A stretch of DNA of 62,976 nt, the filler included, from Neolecta irregularis DAH-3 (Eukaryota): assembly GCA_001929475.1 (NCBI GenBank). It is 8 parts of 8 records of this genome, joined end to end, with 100 filler letters (N's around TTAATTAATTAA, not from the genome) between each part and the next. Parts side by side here need not be neighbours in the genome. Positions count along the whole stretch, not along the records: positions 34,477 to 49,148 come from LXFE01000632.1; 7 more parts are not named here. One strand, given 5' to 3'. How positions within the stretch are numbered: position 1 is the first letter of the stretch; every line of letters begins with the position of its first letter. A program made the translations under genes and the position numbers. Below are positions 35,136 to 46,110 of this stretch, one piece after another. The notes below the pieces were generated by a model that saw nothing but the letters and a program-made list of their open reading frames with translations, had not been told where the DNA came from and did not search any database.

Positions 35136-36809
35136 ATGTCACCCATAGTATGCTTGTCACGTCTATCCTCTTTCAGCAGGCGCCTCCAATCAAGTTTAGG
35201 TGCAGATACGCTTATATCAGCCGGCCTGTTTGTACCAGATCATCCACACCACTATGACCCCACTCTGCCCGACCTCCCCTCTCTCCATCGATTCCATCAG
35301 TCTTTGTGTGAAAAGGGCAGAGTATGCGGTGCGGGGTACTCTTGCAATCCGTGCAGAGGAAATTCGGAGCGAACTAGCGTCCGGAAAGGATCTAAATTTT
35401 GATAAGGTTATCAATTCAAATATCGGCAATCCCCAAGCATTAGATCAAAAACCGCTGACGTTCTTTCGTCAGGTATTGTTCTCATGATCTCCCAACTGAA
35501 TAGCAAGGTTATAGCGTTGACAGAATATCCCTCCCTTTTGTCTGATTCAAATCTCCCGCTAACCCGACAACTCTTTCCCTCTGATGCAATCTCGCGTGCC
35601 AAAGTTCTATTAGAAGAAATTGGAAGTACAGGCGTATACACAACAAGTCAGGGAATTCTTAGTGTCAGGAAACATGTTGCAAAATATATATCAGGTATCC
35701 CACTTTTGTCCCTATTCACCATCAATTAACAAATATCAAGAACGGGATGGTCATCCCTCTCACTCAGACGACATATTCCTGACTTCGGGAGCCAGTGCAG
35801 GTATTCAAACCATTCTCCAACTCCTCCTTTCAGGGCCAAGAGACGGTATTCTAATACCGATACCTCAGTACCCCCTTTATTCCGCGGCTCTATCTCTTCT
35901 CAACGGAACTCCGATCCCTTATCATCTTGAAGAAGTGTCGAATTGGTCAACTTCCCTGCACTCGATCAAGACCGCTCTTGAGAAAACCAAAAGTGAAGGA
36001 ACCGTTGTAAAAGGCTTGGTCGTAATCAATCCCGGAAATCCGACAGGAAGTGTCCTATCTGACTTTCAAATCTCTCAGCTTTTGAAATTATGTGAATCGG
36101 AAAAAATACTAATCCTGGCTGACGAAGTATACCAAACAAATGTTTTCCACTCACCTTTTGTATCGTTCAAGAAGGTCCTGCGAGATGAGAATCGGAAAGT
36201 TCAATTGGTCTCTTTTCACACGATTTCCAAGGGTATGATTGGAGAATGCGGAAAGCGAGGAGGATATATGGAACTCTGCAACATTCCCCCCGACGTTCGT
36301 GAACAAATTTACAAGCTGGCAAGTATTGGATTGTGTCCTCCTGTATCCGGTCAGATCATTGTGGATTTAATGGTAAACCCACCGAAAAAGGGTGATGAGA
36401 GTTTCGAGATTTATGACAAAGAATATCGGTTTATTTACGAGACATTGAAAGATCGAGCAAAGATGCTTGAGAATGCGTTTAGACAGATGGCTGGAGTGGA
36501 ATGCCAAGGCGCACAGGTGCGCTGCTTGTCCTCTTCCGAGCTGAATTCAAGGGTGCAATGTATCTCTTCCCGCGTATGAACTTTCCTTCGCGATTCATTG
36601 AAACCGCCAAGAAGCTCAACAAACCACCGGATGAAGTTTACTGCATGGATCTACTCAATTCTACAGGGATATGCATTGTTCCAGGAAGCGGATTCGGACA
36701 GGAAGAGGGTACATATCATGTGCGGACAACCTTTCTCGCCCCAGGAAAGGAACTGATCGATCGATGGATAGAGTTCCATCGAAATTTCATGGAAAATTAT
36801 GGAGATTGA
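35136..36809 (+). CDS. alt1: Alanine aminotransferase (PLP-dependent); start may instead be 35254
   Basis: AEYAVRG, NIGNPQAL.QKPLTFFRQV, INPGNPTG, LADEVYQ, SFHTISKGMIGECGKRGG, VPGSGFGQ..GTYH.RTT. Confidence 0.95.
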
Positions 36810-37184
36810 TAAGCTGAAAACAGGCAGAACGCATTCATCCTCCATCGGGCATACTGATGCATTCATATTGATGTTTATTGTATCTTGTACTTGTCCAAAT
36901 AGAGTCCAAATTAAATCATAAATGGGTTTCTGGATGAAATTGCGGTTCCTCGCATATTGCGAATTCTGTTGTCAGAGGCACATCTTACGGTTTAGAAAAG
37001 CTCAAGTCAACCGTGTACTGGACATGCCAAAAATTTGGAAACAGTTCCTATTGGACAAGAAGACCTTTTGATAGAACCACCCTCGACCTAAAATGGGACT
37101 TCGTCAACGAGACATCACGTGTACTCTCTTTGCTCAACTTCACCTTCCAAAGTGAGAAATTTTGACAATTGCAGAGGAATTGGG

Positions 37185-38834
37185 ATGTGTAATTGTCGAT
37201 TCAACTGCCTTGTTTAATTATTAGCCTTCAACTTCAATCAAAATATCACGGCGTCGCCATCGCCATTCGGATCTTCTGCCACACCGGCAGCCGGGGTATC
37301 AAACCCTCAGCAATCGAATGCCCCACCGTTGTTTGGGTCTAACGCCCCAAAACCTACAAGTGGGGGTCTTTTCTCGGGGGGAGGCATGACAGGGACATCT
37401 GCTCCCGGGACTGGATCGGGATCATTTGGCAGTACTACGCCTCTAAGTACGCCTTCTGGAAATTTATTCTCAGGCGGCAACACTGCAAACGATTCGAACC
37501 CTGCGGCTGGAGGACTATTTGGGAATAACACAACACCTGCAACATTTACAGGTGGAGGCCTGTTTGTAAACAACCCATCAAGCAATTCAGCCGTTCCCTT
37601 AACATCAAATCTCTTTGGTCAGACACCTGCAGCATCATCTAATTTGTTCGGAGGAAATGCGAAATCAGCTACTCCTTCAGGGATCCTATTTCCTCCGGCC
37701 GCGAATGTAAGTGGGAGCACGACTCCGGCGGGACCTGCTCCTGCGGGTGGATTATTCGGCTCAAAACCAGCAGAAAGCACGGCACCGGGAGGTCTGTTTG
37801 GCGCAAAGCCCGCTGATCCTTCTGGTACATTTGCCGAACTAGGAGGCTTTTGTTTACTTCTATAGCGGCGACTGGGCTTTTTGGGGCCAAACCAGCAGAA
37901 AATAAAACCTCTGGATTTTCATTTGGTTCGTCGACTACGACGAGTGGGGCGAAGGATGATAAACCAGCTACCTCCATACCTAGCTTTTCGTTTGGAAGCA
38001 ATAGCGCTGCCACGATCGCCGGAAAAAAAGATGACACACAAACCCCTGCATATTCATTTGGTGCATCTTCAACTGAGAAGGTCGACAAACCAGCTGCTGC
38101 AGGTGGATTTTCATTTTTACACACTACTACCAGTGCTGCTCCTGAAAAGAAAGACTCGATCGGAAATGCAGCCACTATGAACACCCCGATTCCCGCTGCT
38201 CCAGCACCTCCTTCATTAAAGAATAAATCTCTTGATGAAATAGTAACACGCTGGACCAATGATCTGGATAAATACTCTAAAGAATTCCAGCAGTTGTCGA
38301 ATAAGGTCGCAAAGTGGGATCAAGATCTCGTTTCGAATGCGGACAAGGTAACCTTTTCATCTAAAAATCGACTTTTTAACGGAGAAATAGATCTCTAACT
38401 TGTATGCGCTCACCGTACAAGCTGAACAATCGCAAGGAAAAATCGACCAGGGTTTGGGATACATTGAGTCTCAACAATCCGAACTTTCCTCAATTCTAGA
38501 TATTTACGAATCTCAAGTTTCCCAAATCTTTGAGAATGCAGAGATGAATATTGGAGATAGTGAGCGTGAATCCGCGTAAGAGTTTTATTTTCGACTGGTT
38601 GATTTATCTAGATATAAACTTGCCGAGAATTTAGATGCACAGTTAATATCAATTGAAAAGAATTTGACTGGTGTCATAGAAGAAATGAATGTAGCAGGCA
38701 AGGAAGTTAAAGAGAATGACGAACTGGCTGGGTTGATGAAGATTCTGAATAATCAATTGGCTAGTTTGAGGTGGATTGAAGAAGCGGAAGAAAAATTGCG
38801 ATCGAAATTGGTCGGAAGGATCGATGAGCCGTGA
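37185..38834 (+). CDS. nsp1: FG-nucleoporin Nsp1/Nup62
   Basis: GLFG and FSFG repeats followed by the Nsp1_C coiled coil LKNKSLDEIVTRWTNDL...VAKWDQDLV.N. Confidence 0.92.
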
Positions 38835-38886
38835 GGGGAATATCTCTTGTGGATGTATAATATCAATATCATGCCTACAGCCTCAG

Positions 38887-39257
38887 CAGTGTTGGGGACG
38901 GGCCGTGGCCCGTGGGCTTACCCGGCCCATGAAAAGCCCATGGGCCGAAACGGGCTTTTTCACGTGATATTGGATAATACTATTTAGTGCAGCCCTTCCC
39001 CTCCCCTGTATATCATCCTACCCGCCTTCCTACCCGCCTTCCCTGATCGCCTCACCAGCCCGCCTCGCCAGCCAGCCTCTCCCATCGCTCGCGCGTCCTT
39101 CCCGTCCCTCCTGTCTCTCCCGCCCGTCCTGCCCGCCTCATGTGCCTCGCCTGCCCATCTCTTGCTTCTCCCATCTTTCCTGCCTGGCTCACCAATCTTT
39201 CCTGTCTAGCCTGTTTGGCCCATCTACCTTGCCCGCCCGCCTGTCAGTGCCTTGCCA
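38887..39257 (+). mobile_element. 3'-truncated copy of family A hAT-like element
   Basis: CAGTGTTGGGGACGGGCC...CCCATGAAAAGCCC...TTTTCACGTGATAT..GATAATACTATTTAG aligns with 4307-4680. Confidence 0.75.
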
Positions 39258-40093
39258 GGGGTGAGGCTGAATCTTATGCTGTGCTCCGAATACTCCACCC
39301 CAGGGGTAGATAGATTTGGTGGGGTACATTGGGATTCACCCCGGATGGGATATTCAGAGCACTATATCCAAGTCATCTCAGAATCCTCGATTAGTCTACA
39401 ACTGCGCCAGAGTGCGATAAGCCTATCGCAGAAAAGTGAGATAGAAACCATAAAGTCATGATGATTTTATAAATTGCTTGGTTCAGTGGCTATGAATCAT
39501 CAGAGGTAAACTTTCACCGAGTCCTGTGAGATCCAAGGTAGTCTGGACATAAAAGAGGGCACCTTCTCACTATCCTTACAATTCAGTCGTCCTCTGCATG
39601 CTCTAAACAGTTGTTGACACCTTTTATTGTTTTCCTTGGAATCGTTTCTGTTTCGCCAATGTTAAAACCTCCTGCTACAGAATCTTCAATGGAAGAGAGC
39701 CTGCGCTTCCAGATTACTCAGCTACCGCAAATGACTCAGGGTCCGGAGGGTACTCCAACGGCTTCACTCGACCATTTCAATGGCAATAATATCTATCAGT
39801 GAGCAGATGGTTCTGAACTGGATATGGCGGCCATGGCGGCCAGGTGGGCAAGGGTAGATGTAGCCCTTTACCCATGGCGCAAGAGGTTCTGGAATGCCAA
39901 TCATGATCATGATCTTGAGCGTCAACCTGTCAAGCTTGTACGAGCCTCATTTTAGTAGAAGAGTATAAGGTATTTTTCTATCACTATAGAACGAATCCGT
40001 CTTATAACGACTTGAAGACGTTGAACGCCACATTCTTTATAATCTCGTTCGACAGTATCACATCTAGACCAAAAAGGATTGTCGGAATGCTGA

Positions 40094-40175
40094 TGCCTCC
40101 TTTGAGATTCGAACTCAAGACCTCTCCCTGAGCTTGATACTAGGGGAGCACAATAACCAACTATGCTAAGGGGGC
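40094..40175 (-). tRNA. tRNA-Thr(AGT) with 8-nt intron
   Basis: GCCCCCT/AGGAGGC acceptor stem (one C-A mismatch), CTCCC-CT-AGT-A[TCAAGCTC]A-GGGAG anticodon arm, GTTCGAATC T-loop. Confidence 0.9.
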
Positions 40176-40547
40176 AAGGTACATGTGAGAGTCCGGTTTC
40201 TGTGTATAAAACTCGCCGCCATCTTTGGTACCCCGTATATTAACCCCAGTATAAGTGAATATCTAAAAGCGCAGGGATAAACCAGTTCTTTTCAACTATT
40301 TTTCCTTCTTTGCGTGATCTAAGATTATACTACATCTAGGCATATTTAAAGCATGTATCACCCGTTTCACCCTCGCTAATCTCCCCGTTGCACGCGGTGT
40401 AAATCATCCAATTTCCAGAAATGGAAATAAAAAACGGGGCCAAGTGACATTACGCGCGCTCGCAAATCCTGTCGTCAAAGCTTCTTCACCACCTATCCCG
40501 GCGGCCTGCAACACCCCCCTTTTTCCTCTCCCTATTCATTCGGAACT

Positions 40548-41806
40548 ATGGATCCGACGGTTGATAATTTGCTGAACCACGACCTTGAGGACGAGGGGAT
40601 TGAGTTGTTGAAGGAGCAGGGCGCAGTTCAGCTACATGATTTACGACTTGTGCAGACTTTGGGTATAGTTCTTTTTTTTGTGAGAGTGAATTAGTGACCC
40701 TTATTAGGAACGGGGACTTTTGGAAGGGTATTTCTGAGTAAGATTTTTCCGACCTGTTCCTCGTCTCCAGTGACGCACTTTGCCATCAAAATTCTTGCAA
40801 AAGCGCAGATAGTCAAACTGAAGCAAGTGGAACATATCAACAATGAACGTCTAATATTATCATCGCTTCACCATCCGTTTCTAGTGAACCTGATTTCTTC
40901 ATTCCAGTCGTTGACGAACTTATTCATGGTGATGGAATTTGTGCAGGGCGGAGAGCTGTTTACGCATTTACGACGAGCGGGACGGTTTTCGAATGATGTT
41001 GCGAGGTTTTATGTCGCCGAGATTGTACTTGCGATTGAATATCTGCATTGTCAAGATGTGATTTATCGGGATTTGAAGCCGGAGAATTTATTGTTGGATC
41101 GGGAAGGTCACATTAAGATGTACGGGTACCCCTTGCACCAGATCGATGGGATGGTTTGTTGATTGAGGAAAAGTACGGATTTCGGATTCGCAAAAGTTGT
41201 TACGGATCGAACGTGGACGTTGTGCGGGACACCCGAATACCTTGCTCCAGAGATTATTCAATCAAAGGGGCATGGAAAGCCTGTTGATTGGTGGGCGTTG
41301 GGAATTCTTGCATTTGAAATGCTGGCGGGGTGAGGGGCTGGTGAATATGCGAGGGTTGACATTAGGTATCCACCATTCTTCTCTGATAATCCTTTTGGGA
41401 TATATGAGAAGATTTTGGCTGGCAAGATTGTGTTTCCGATGAGTATTTCTGATATGACTGCTCGTGACCTGATATGTCGTCTGCTGACGGCTGACCGGAC
41501 GCGGCGGCTGGGGAATCTGTAGGGACCGAGGGTGATTGTAAGCTGACGGACAGGGCTGGGGGAGCGGAGGATGTGAAACGGCATTTGTGGTTTTACCACT
41601 TGAATTGGACACAAATCGCGCTCCGAGCAACCCCCGGGCCGATTGTTCCGGTGAACAGGTTTGAGGGGGACAGCTGTAATTTTGAGCGGTACCCGGAACC
41701 TAGTGAGGGAGAGTGGGAGGAGCTTGAGCAGGAGATGAGGGGGGAGGATACGGGTAAGTTTGACGAATTTGGAGGGCTGTTTGGGTTTGATTATGTGGGT
41801 ATTTGA
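40548..41806 (+). CDS. cAMP-dependent protein kinase catalytic subunit-like (second PKA-C/PRKX type)
   Basis: [71 protein letters not shown]. Confidence 0.92.
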
Positions 41807-41906
41807 TTGCCGAAGGAATGGAGTTTTGTGTGCATTGGGAAGATACGGAATATAATTAAATATAATTGAAAATAAATAACGGGGATTACAAGATGCGGTG
41901 AATGTG

Positions 41907-42416
41907 CTATACGGGATCAGGGTCTGGTGCTCTGGGAGGTGATAGCTTTTCGCCGCTATAGAGGCCCCAGAGATAGAGGGAGGCACCGAGGAGATAATAG
42001 AGGGCGGCGTTTGTGGCCTGGTAGAGCAGGATTGCGGGGAACGCACAGACGAGAGCGAGAACAGCTCTGAACGGGACAGAAGAGAATAGCAGCGGCAGCA
42101 GCGGATACTCGAGCACGAGAACAGTCAGACCCAGAATGCTACAGTTCAGACTATCAGTTGGGCGCAAAAGTACATGTTGAGTGTCTGCAGCACGGGCAAC
42201 GGGCGTACTACAGGCTCAAACACTCTGCCGTCAGCTATATAGCACGGGATGGGAGAACAGACGGGGTCAGCATGTCAAAGAAGGCTTTGGGAAACAACAC
42301 GCCCCAGGCTCCTGCCCACGTCTGGTCTGAGATGAGCAGCAGTACAAGAACGACATACACAGCGCAGCAGTCAGGATTATGCGGCGGGCACACGTGTAGC
42401 GGACAGGGAGAGCCAT
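41907..42416 (-). CDS. pro41: NoxD/Pro41/HAM-6, fungal p22phox-like NADPH oxidase subunit (4 exons)
   Basis: Spliced product MALPVRYTCARRIILTAALYQTWAGAWGVLFPKAFFDMLTPVFEPVVRPLPVLQTLNIILGLTVLVLEYPL...AILLYQATNAALYYLLGASLYLWGLYSGE. This matches the Pro41 pattern ARLIILTAA.YQ...PK.FWD...P.P.LQ..N...E.PL...LYQ.TN.A.YY. Confidence 0.87.
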
Positions 42417-42619
42417 TACACCTGGCCGGCAGGAGAGAGAGAAGGAGCCAGCCATAATGAGAATGAGAGAACGAGAGAACAAAAGAGCGGAAGAGAGAAC
42501 CGAACAACACGACAGCACAGACCAGACCAGACTATATCTCACCTGTCCCATGCAGCTAGACCAACGCTGAACCACTACTCCACATGATTCCCTGAGACGG
42601 CATAAACGCCCAAGTCTAC

Positions 42620-42875
42620 TAATACTTCCTCGCGTGTACTAGCGCGCCACCGCCGAAACTTCTTTACAATTTCCCGACTCAACACCGATGCGTTCGAACT
42701 ATCTCTCGCGTGTACTAGCCAGTCTCTCCAAACTTCTTTACAACTGTCCGAGATGACGCCCGTCCCGGCTCTAATATTTCTCACATGTACTAGCCAGCTC
42801 CCCCGAACCACCTTCTCGATCTCCCCGAGACTACTTCTATACAACTCTAATTTGCGTCGCGTCTGCTAGTCAACC
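42620..42875. repeat. Degenerate tandem repeat (75-76 bp period, four cores) in the NoxD-NoxA intergenic spacer
   Basis: CTCGCGTGTACTAGC-like cores at 42629, 42705, 42780 and 42856; AAACTTCTTTACAA-like boxes at 42656, 42730 and about 42833. Confidence 0.8.
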
Positions 42876-42929
42876 TCTAGCCCTGCACTCTATTTAAGGC
42901 CTTCCCCTTGCTTGATTCCCTATTTCTCC

Positions 42930-44861
42930 ATGCAAGAATCGTTCTGGCAACGACAGCTTCCCCCCCGCCGCATAGTCTTTCGCCTGCTCTTCTGGGGCAG
43001 CCATCTTGTGTTCTTTGCCTTTGGATGGTCTTCCCTTGCCCGTGTTCCCCCAGCTCACTACAGGTGGAAGCAGGCCCACGACCCGCGTCTCGCCGATCTC
43101 AACTCCCTTGGCGTCTCTGTCTGGGTATCTCGAGGCGCTGGACTTGCACTTGCGTATGACAGCGGCCTGATTCTGTTGCCTGTGGCCGCCCATTCTCTGT
43201 TCCCCCACCTGACTCTAGATGCTCAGAAATATCCTCTGCTACCTGCGCCCCCGCCTGCGATTCCTCGCCATCGACGAAAACATCTGGTTCCACAGACAGA
43301 TCGCCTTCGCCATGCTCTTCTTCACCGTCGTCCATGTAACAGGTACACTTTGCCCTCAGACATAAGCTCATTCTAGCACACTACATCAACTTTTACCTCG
43401 TCCAAGTCTCCCAGATCCGCCCGCTCAGCGCTCAGCAAATCCACTATACCCAGCGTATAACCCCTGCCGCTCGACGCTGAACGCCAGCTGCTGGAATAAC
43501 TGGCCACTTTATGCTCCTCATGATGCTCTTGATCTATACTACTGCCCATTCATCCATCCGAAAACATTGCTTCGAGGTTTTCTGGTACACTCACCACCTT
43601 GGGTACCTCACTCCTCAATCTCTTCTGATCCAAGTTTGTTCTTCTTTCTCGCTTTGTATTCCCATGCCACCGGCTGCTTCGTCCGCGATACCCCGGGGCC
43701 ATTCTCCCCATTTGACACCCATAATTTCTTCAAACACTGTCTCGGGTACGAAGCTTGGCGTTTCACAATATGGGTCGGAATACTTTACATTTCCGAGCGA
43801 GTCTACCGCGAAATTAGAGCTTCCAGGCCAACTAGAATCACCAAAGTCCTGCTGCATCCACAAGGTATGGCTTGCAAAACGCAAACTGAAGAAAAGCTGT
43901 AATTGAAATTCAGTTTACAAAGCCCTCCCTCACTTACATCTCGGGCCAATGGATATTTCTCAATTGTCCTGCTGTCTCAAGATTCCAGTGGCATCCCTTC
44001 ACCATAACTTCTTGTCCCTCTGATCCTTATCTTAGTATCCATGTTAGACAGGTTGGTGATTTCACAAAACAGCTGGGTAGCCTACTCGGCGTCAACGATA
44101 AACTTGCATACTACGCAGGGGAACAAAGCATACAAGGGGCCATGCAGAACGGTCAGAGATTACCAGACATCCGAATTGACGGTATTCATCCCTCTCTTCT
44201 AACTTTTCATTCCTAGGCCCATTCGGTGCCCCAGCAGAGGATGTATCAAACTATGATATCTCAGTAATCATTGGGTATTAATTTCACTAGACTCATTCTG
44301 ATCGTTGTAGTGCAGGTATCGGAGTAACTCCCTGGGCTTCTATCCTACGAAACATTTACGATCACCACAAAACACGTTCCAAAGATCTCCGCCTCCAACG
44401 CCTTGAATTCATCTGGATTTGTAAACATGTGTCTTCATTTGAGTGGTTCCAAACACTCCTCCTTCACCTCGAAAAGAAATTCGGCAACGAGTTTCTTCGA
44501 ATTCATATATTTTTAACGGGACAGCTGGACCCGGATACCGTTCAAAATATCGTGATTAATAATGTGGGTAACGCGGTCGATCCGCTCACTCAATTAGCTT
44601 CACGCACTCATTTCGGTCGGCCCGATTTCTCCGCTATTTTTAAACGGATTTCTGAAGGTGTGTCAAATGGTTCCTATCTTGCTGGTCTGGAACGAAACTT
44701 GTGCACGAAAGGTATCTCCATCCAAAACTTGTTATTTTCTCATCTCTTTAGTGGGCGTATTTTATTGCGGGCCGGGATTACTTGCAAAGACTTTGGGAGC
44801 AGAATGTGCAAAAGCTAGTTCTGAGGAGATTTTATTTCGACTTTGGAAGGAGCATTTTTAA
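42930..44861 (+). CDS. noxA: NADPH oxidase catalytic subunit NoxA/Nox1 (gp91phox homolog), multi-exon
   Basis: SVWVSRGAGL, DENIWFHRQIA, HYINF, FEVFWYTHHL, FAD motif QWHPFTITS, IDGPFGAP, GIGVTPWASIL, CGP; ends WKEHF*. Confidence 0.96.
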
Positions 44862-44991
44862 TATATTTTTTCCTGGGTTTTTGCGGAGCTCTATTTAGAG
44901 ATACTAGAATTCATCAAGCGGTTTATTTTTTCATTGGATTCAAATGCATGTATCTAGATGCCCAACGGTCTGGACACCCAGTAACAACGAT

Positions 44992-45975
44992 ATGTCTACC
45001 ACACCTTCACCCCTCGATTCTCCTACTCGTCAAGTCAGCGACAACGAACAAGATCAAGCGACAGATGATGACTTTGGCGATTTCGAACAAGAAGATGAAT
45101 TCGAATCCTCCTCACAATTACTTCTTCCCCAAAAGATTGTACGCTATAAAATTCTCAAATCGGCGAATAAATTCATATATAGGATACTCTAAATCCATCG
45201 AAAGTTCAAGATTACGATTCCCTGGTCTGCGAGATATCGCTTTTACTAGCCAATTGCTTCGAATACAAAGATCAGCTACACAGGCAAACAACACATGTTC
45301 CACTTCCTCTTTTTCCAGAGACACCCATACTCGTTTCTGAGAGAAGGTATACCTTGTCCCACTTTGACTTTTGTTTATAAGCAGTGCGGTCTTGTGGAAC
45401 CAATTGATTACGCCCCCGCCTACGTCTATACCCGACTGGAAACGATCACGCATTAAAAGGCAGTTTCTAGTCAGTCTTGGCGTCCCCGTTGATCTCGACG
45501 AGGTATGCAACATGTTTGAATTCAAGGGTTAATTATTGCTATAGATACTTCCCCAGAAAAAGCAAAAGAAACTAGTGTTGCCATCATCGAATGAGGAACC
45601 GAGGGGGCCGATTACTCGACACGGAAAAGAAATACCGGGACCGCCTGAGTTTGATATGGATTCTGCTCGACGAATCGCTTCTGTTTCTCACGGTACTTTA
45701 TTCTGTTTTCTAAATAGAAATTTTGTTTACGGGTAGCTGCGTTATCCAATATGACGACTCAAGAATTCCAAGACCATGTGGAGAAAGTCAAGTCAAATGT
45801 CGTTGGCGCAAAGAAATTATTGGAGTATTGGGCTGAGCGAGAAAATGTTGCAGAGGGCGATAAAGAAGCTTTTGAAAGTGTTATTGAGAGTCTTGTTGAT
45901 TACGCCCAGAGAATGCGCAAGGGTACAATTCATAGAGCTAGTATGCCGAGGGGTTCGGTAAGTAAAGTCAAGTAG
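44992..45975 (+). CDS. Conserved fungal protein (DUF5102-like)
   Basis: DDDFGDFE acidic motif; LWNQLITPPP...DWKRSRIKRQFLVSLGVPVDLDEILPQKKQKKLVLP; C-terminal DKEAFESVIESLV. Confidence 0.75.
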
Positions 45976-46110
45976 AAAACTAAAATACATGTATATATAT
46001 ATAAACACGCACAATTTCAAAGGTTTGTTTCCCGAAAAAAGAATATCATTACTACTACAATTAAAAGAACATCGTTTCAATTTTTGGCCTTGTTGGCGTC
46101 TCTTTCCCTT

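Noticed and set aside
35136-35253. Apparent mitochondrial presequence (MSPIVCLSRLSSFSRRLQSS) out of frame with ALT, suggesting a programmed frameshift
   Set aside because: A canonical GTATGC donor at 35148 with several frame-restoring acceptors explains it as an intron
42603-42610. GGCGTTTA (minus strand) as a PRO1/ADV-1-type site in the Nox spacer
   Set aside because: Single mismatched 8-mer; a GGCGCTTA also occurs at 55261 before an unrelated gene, so it is not discriminating
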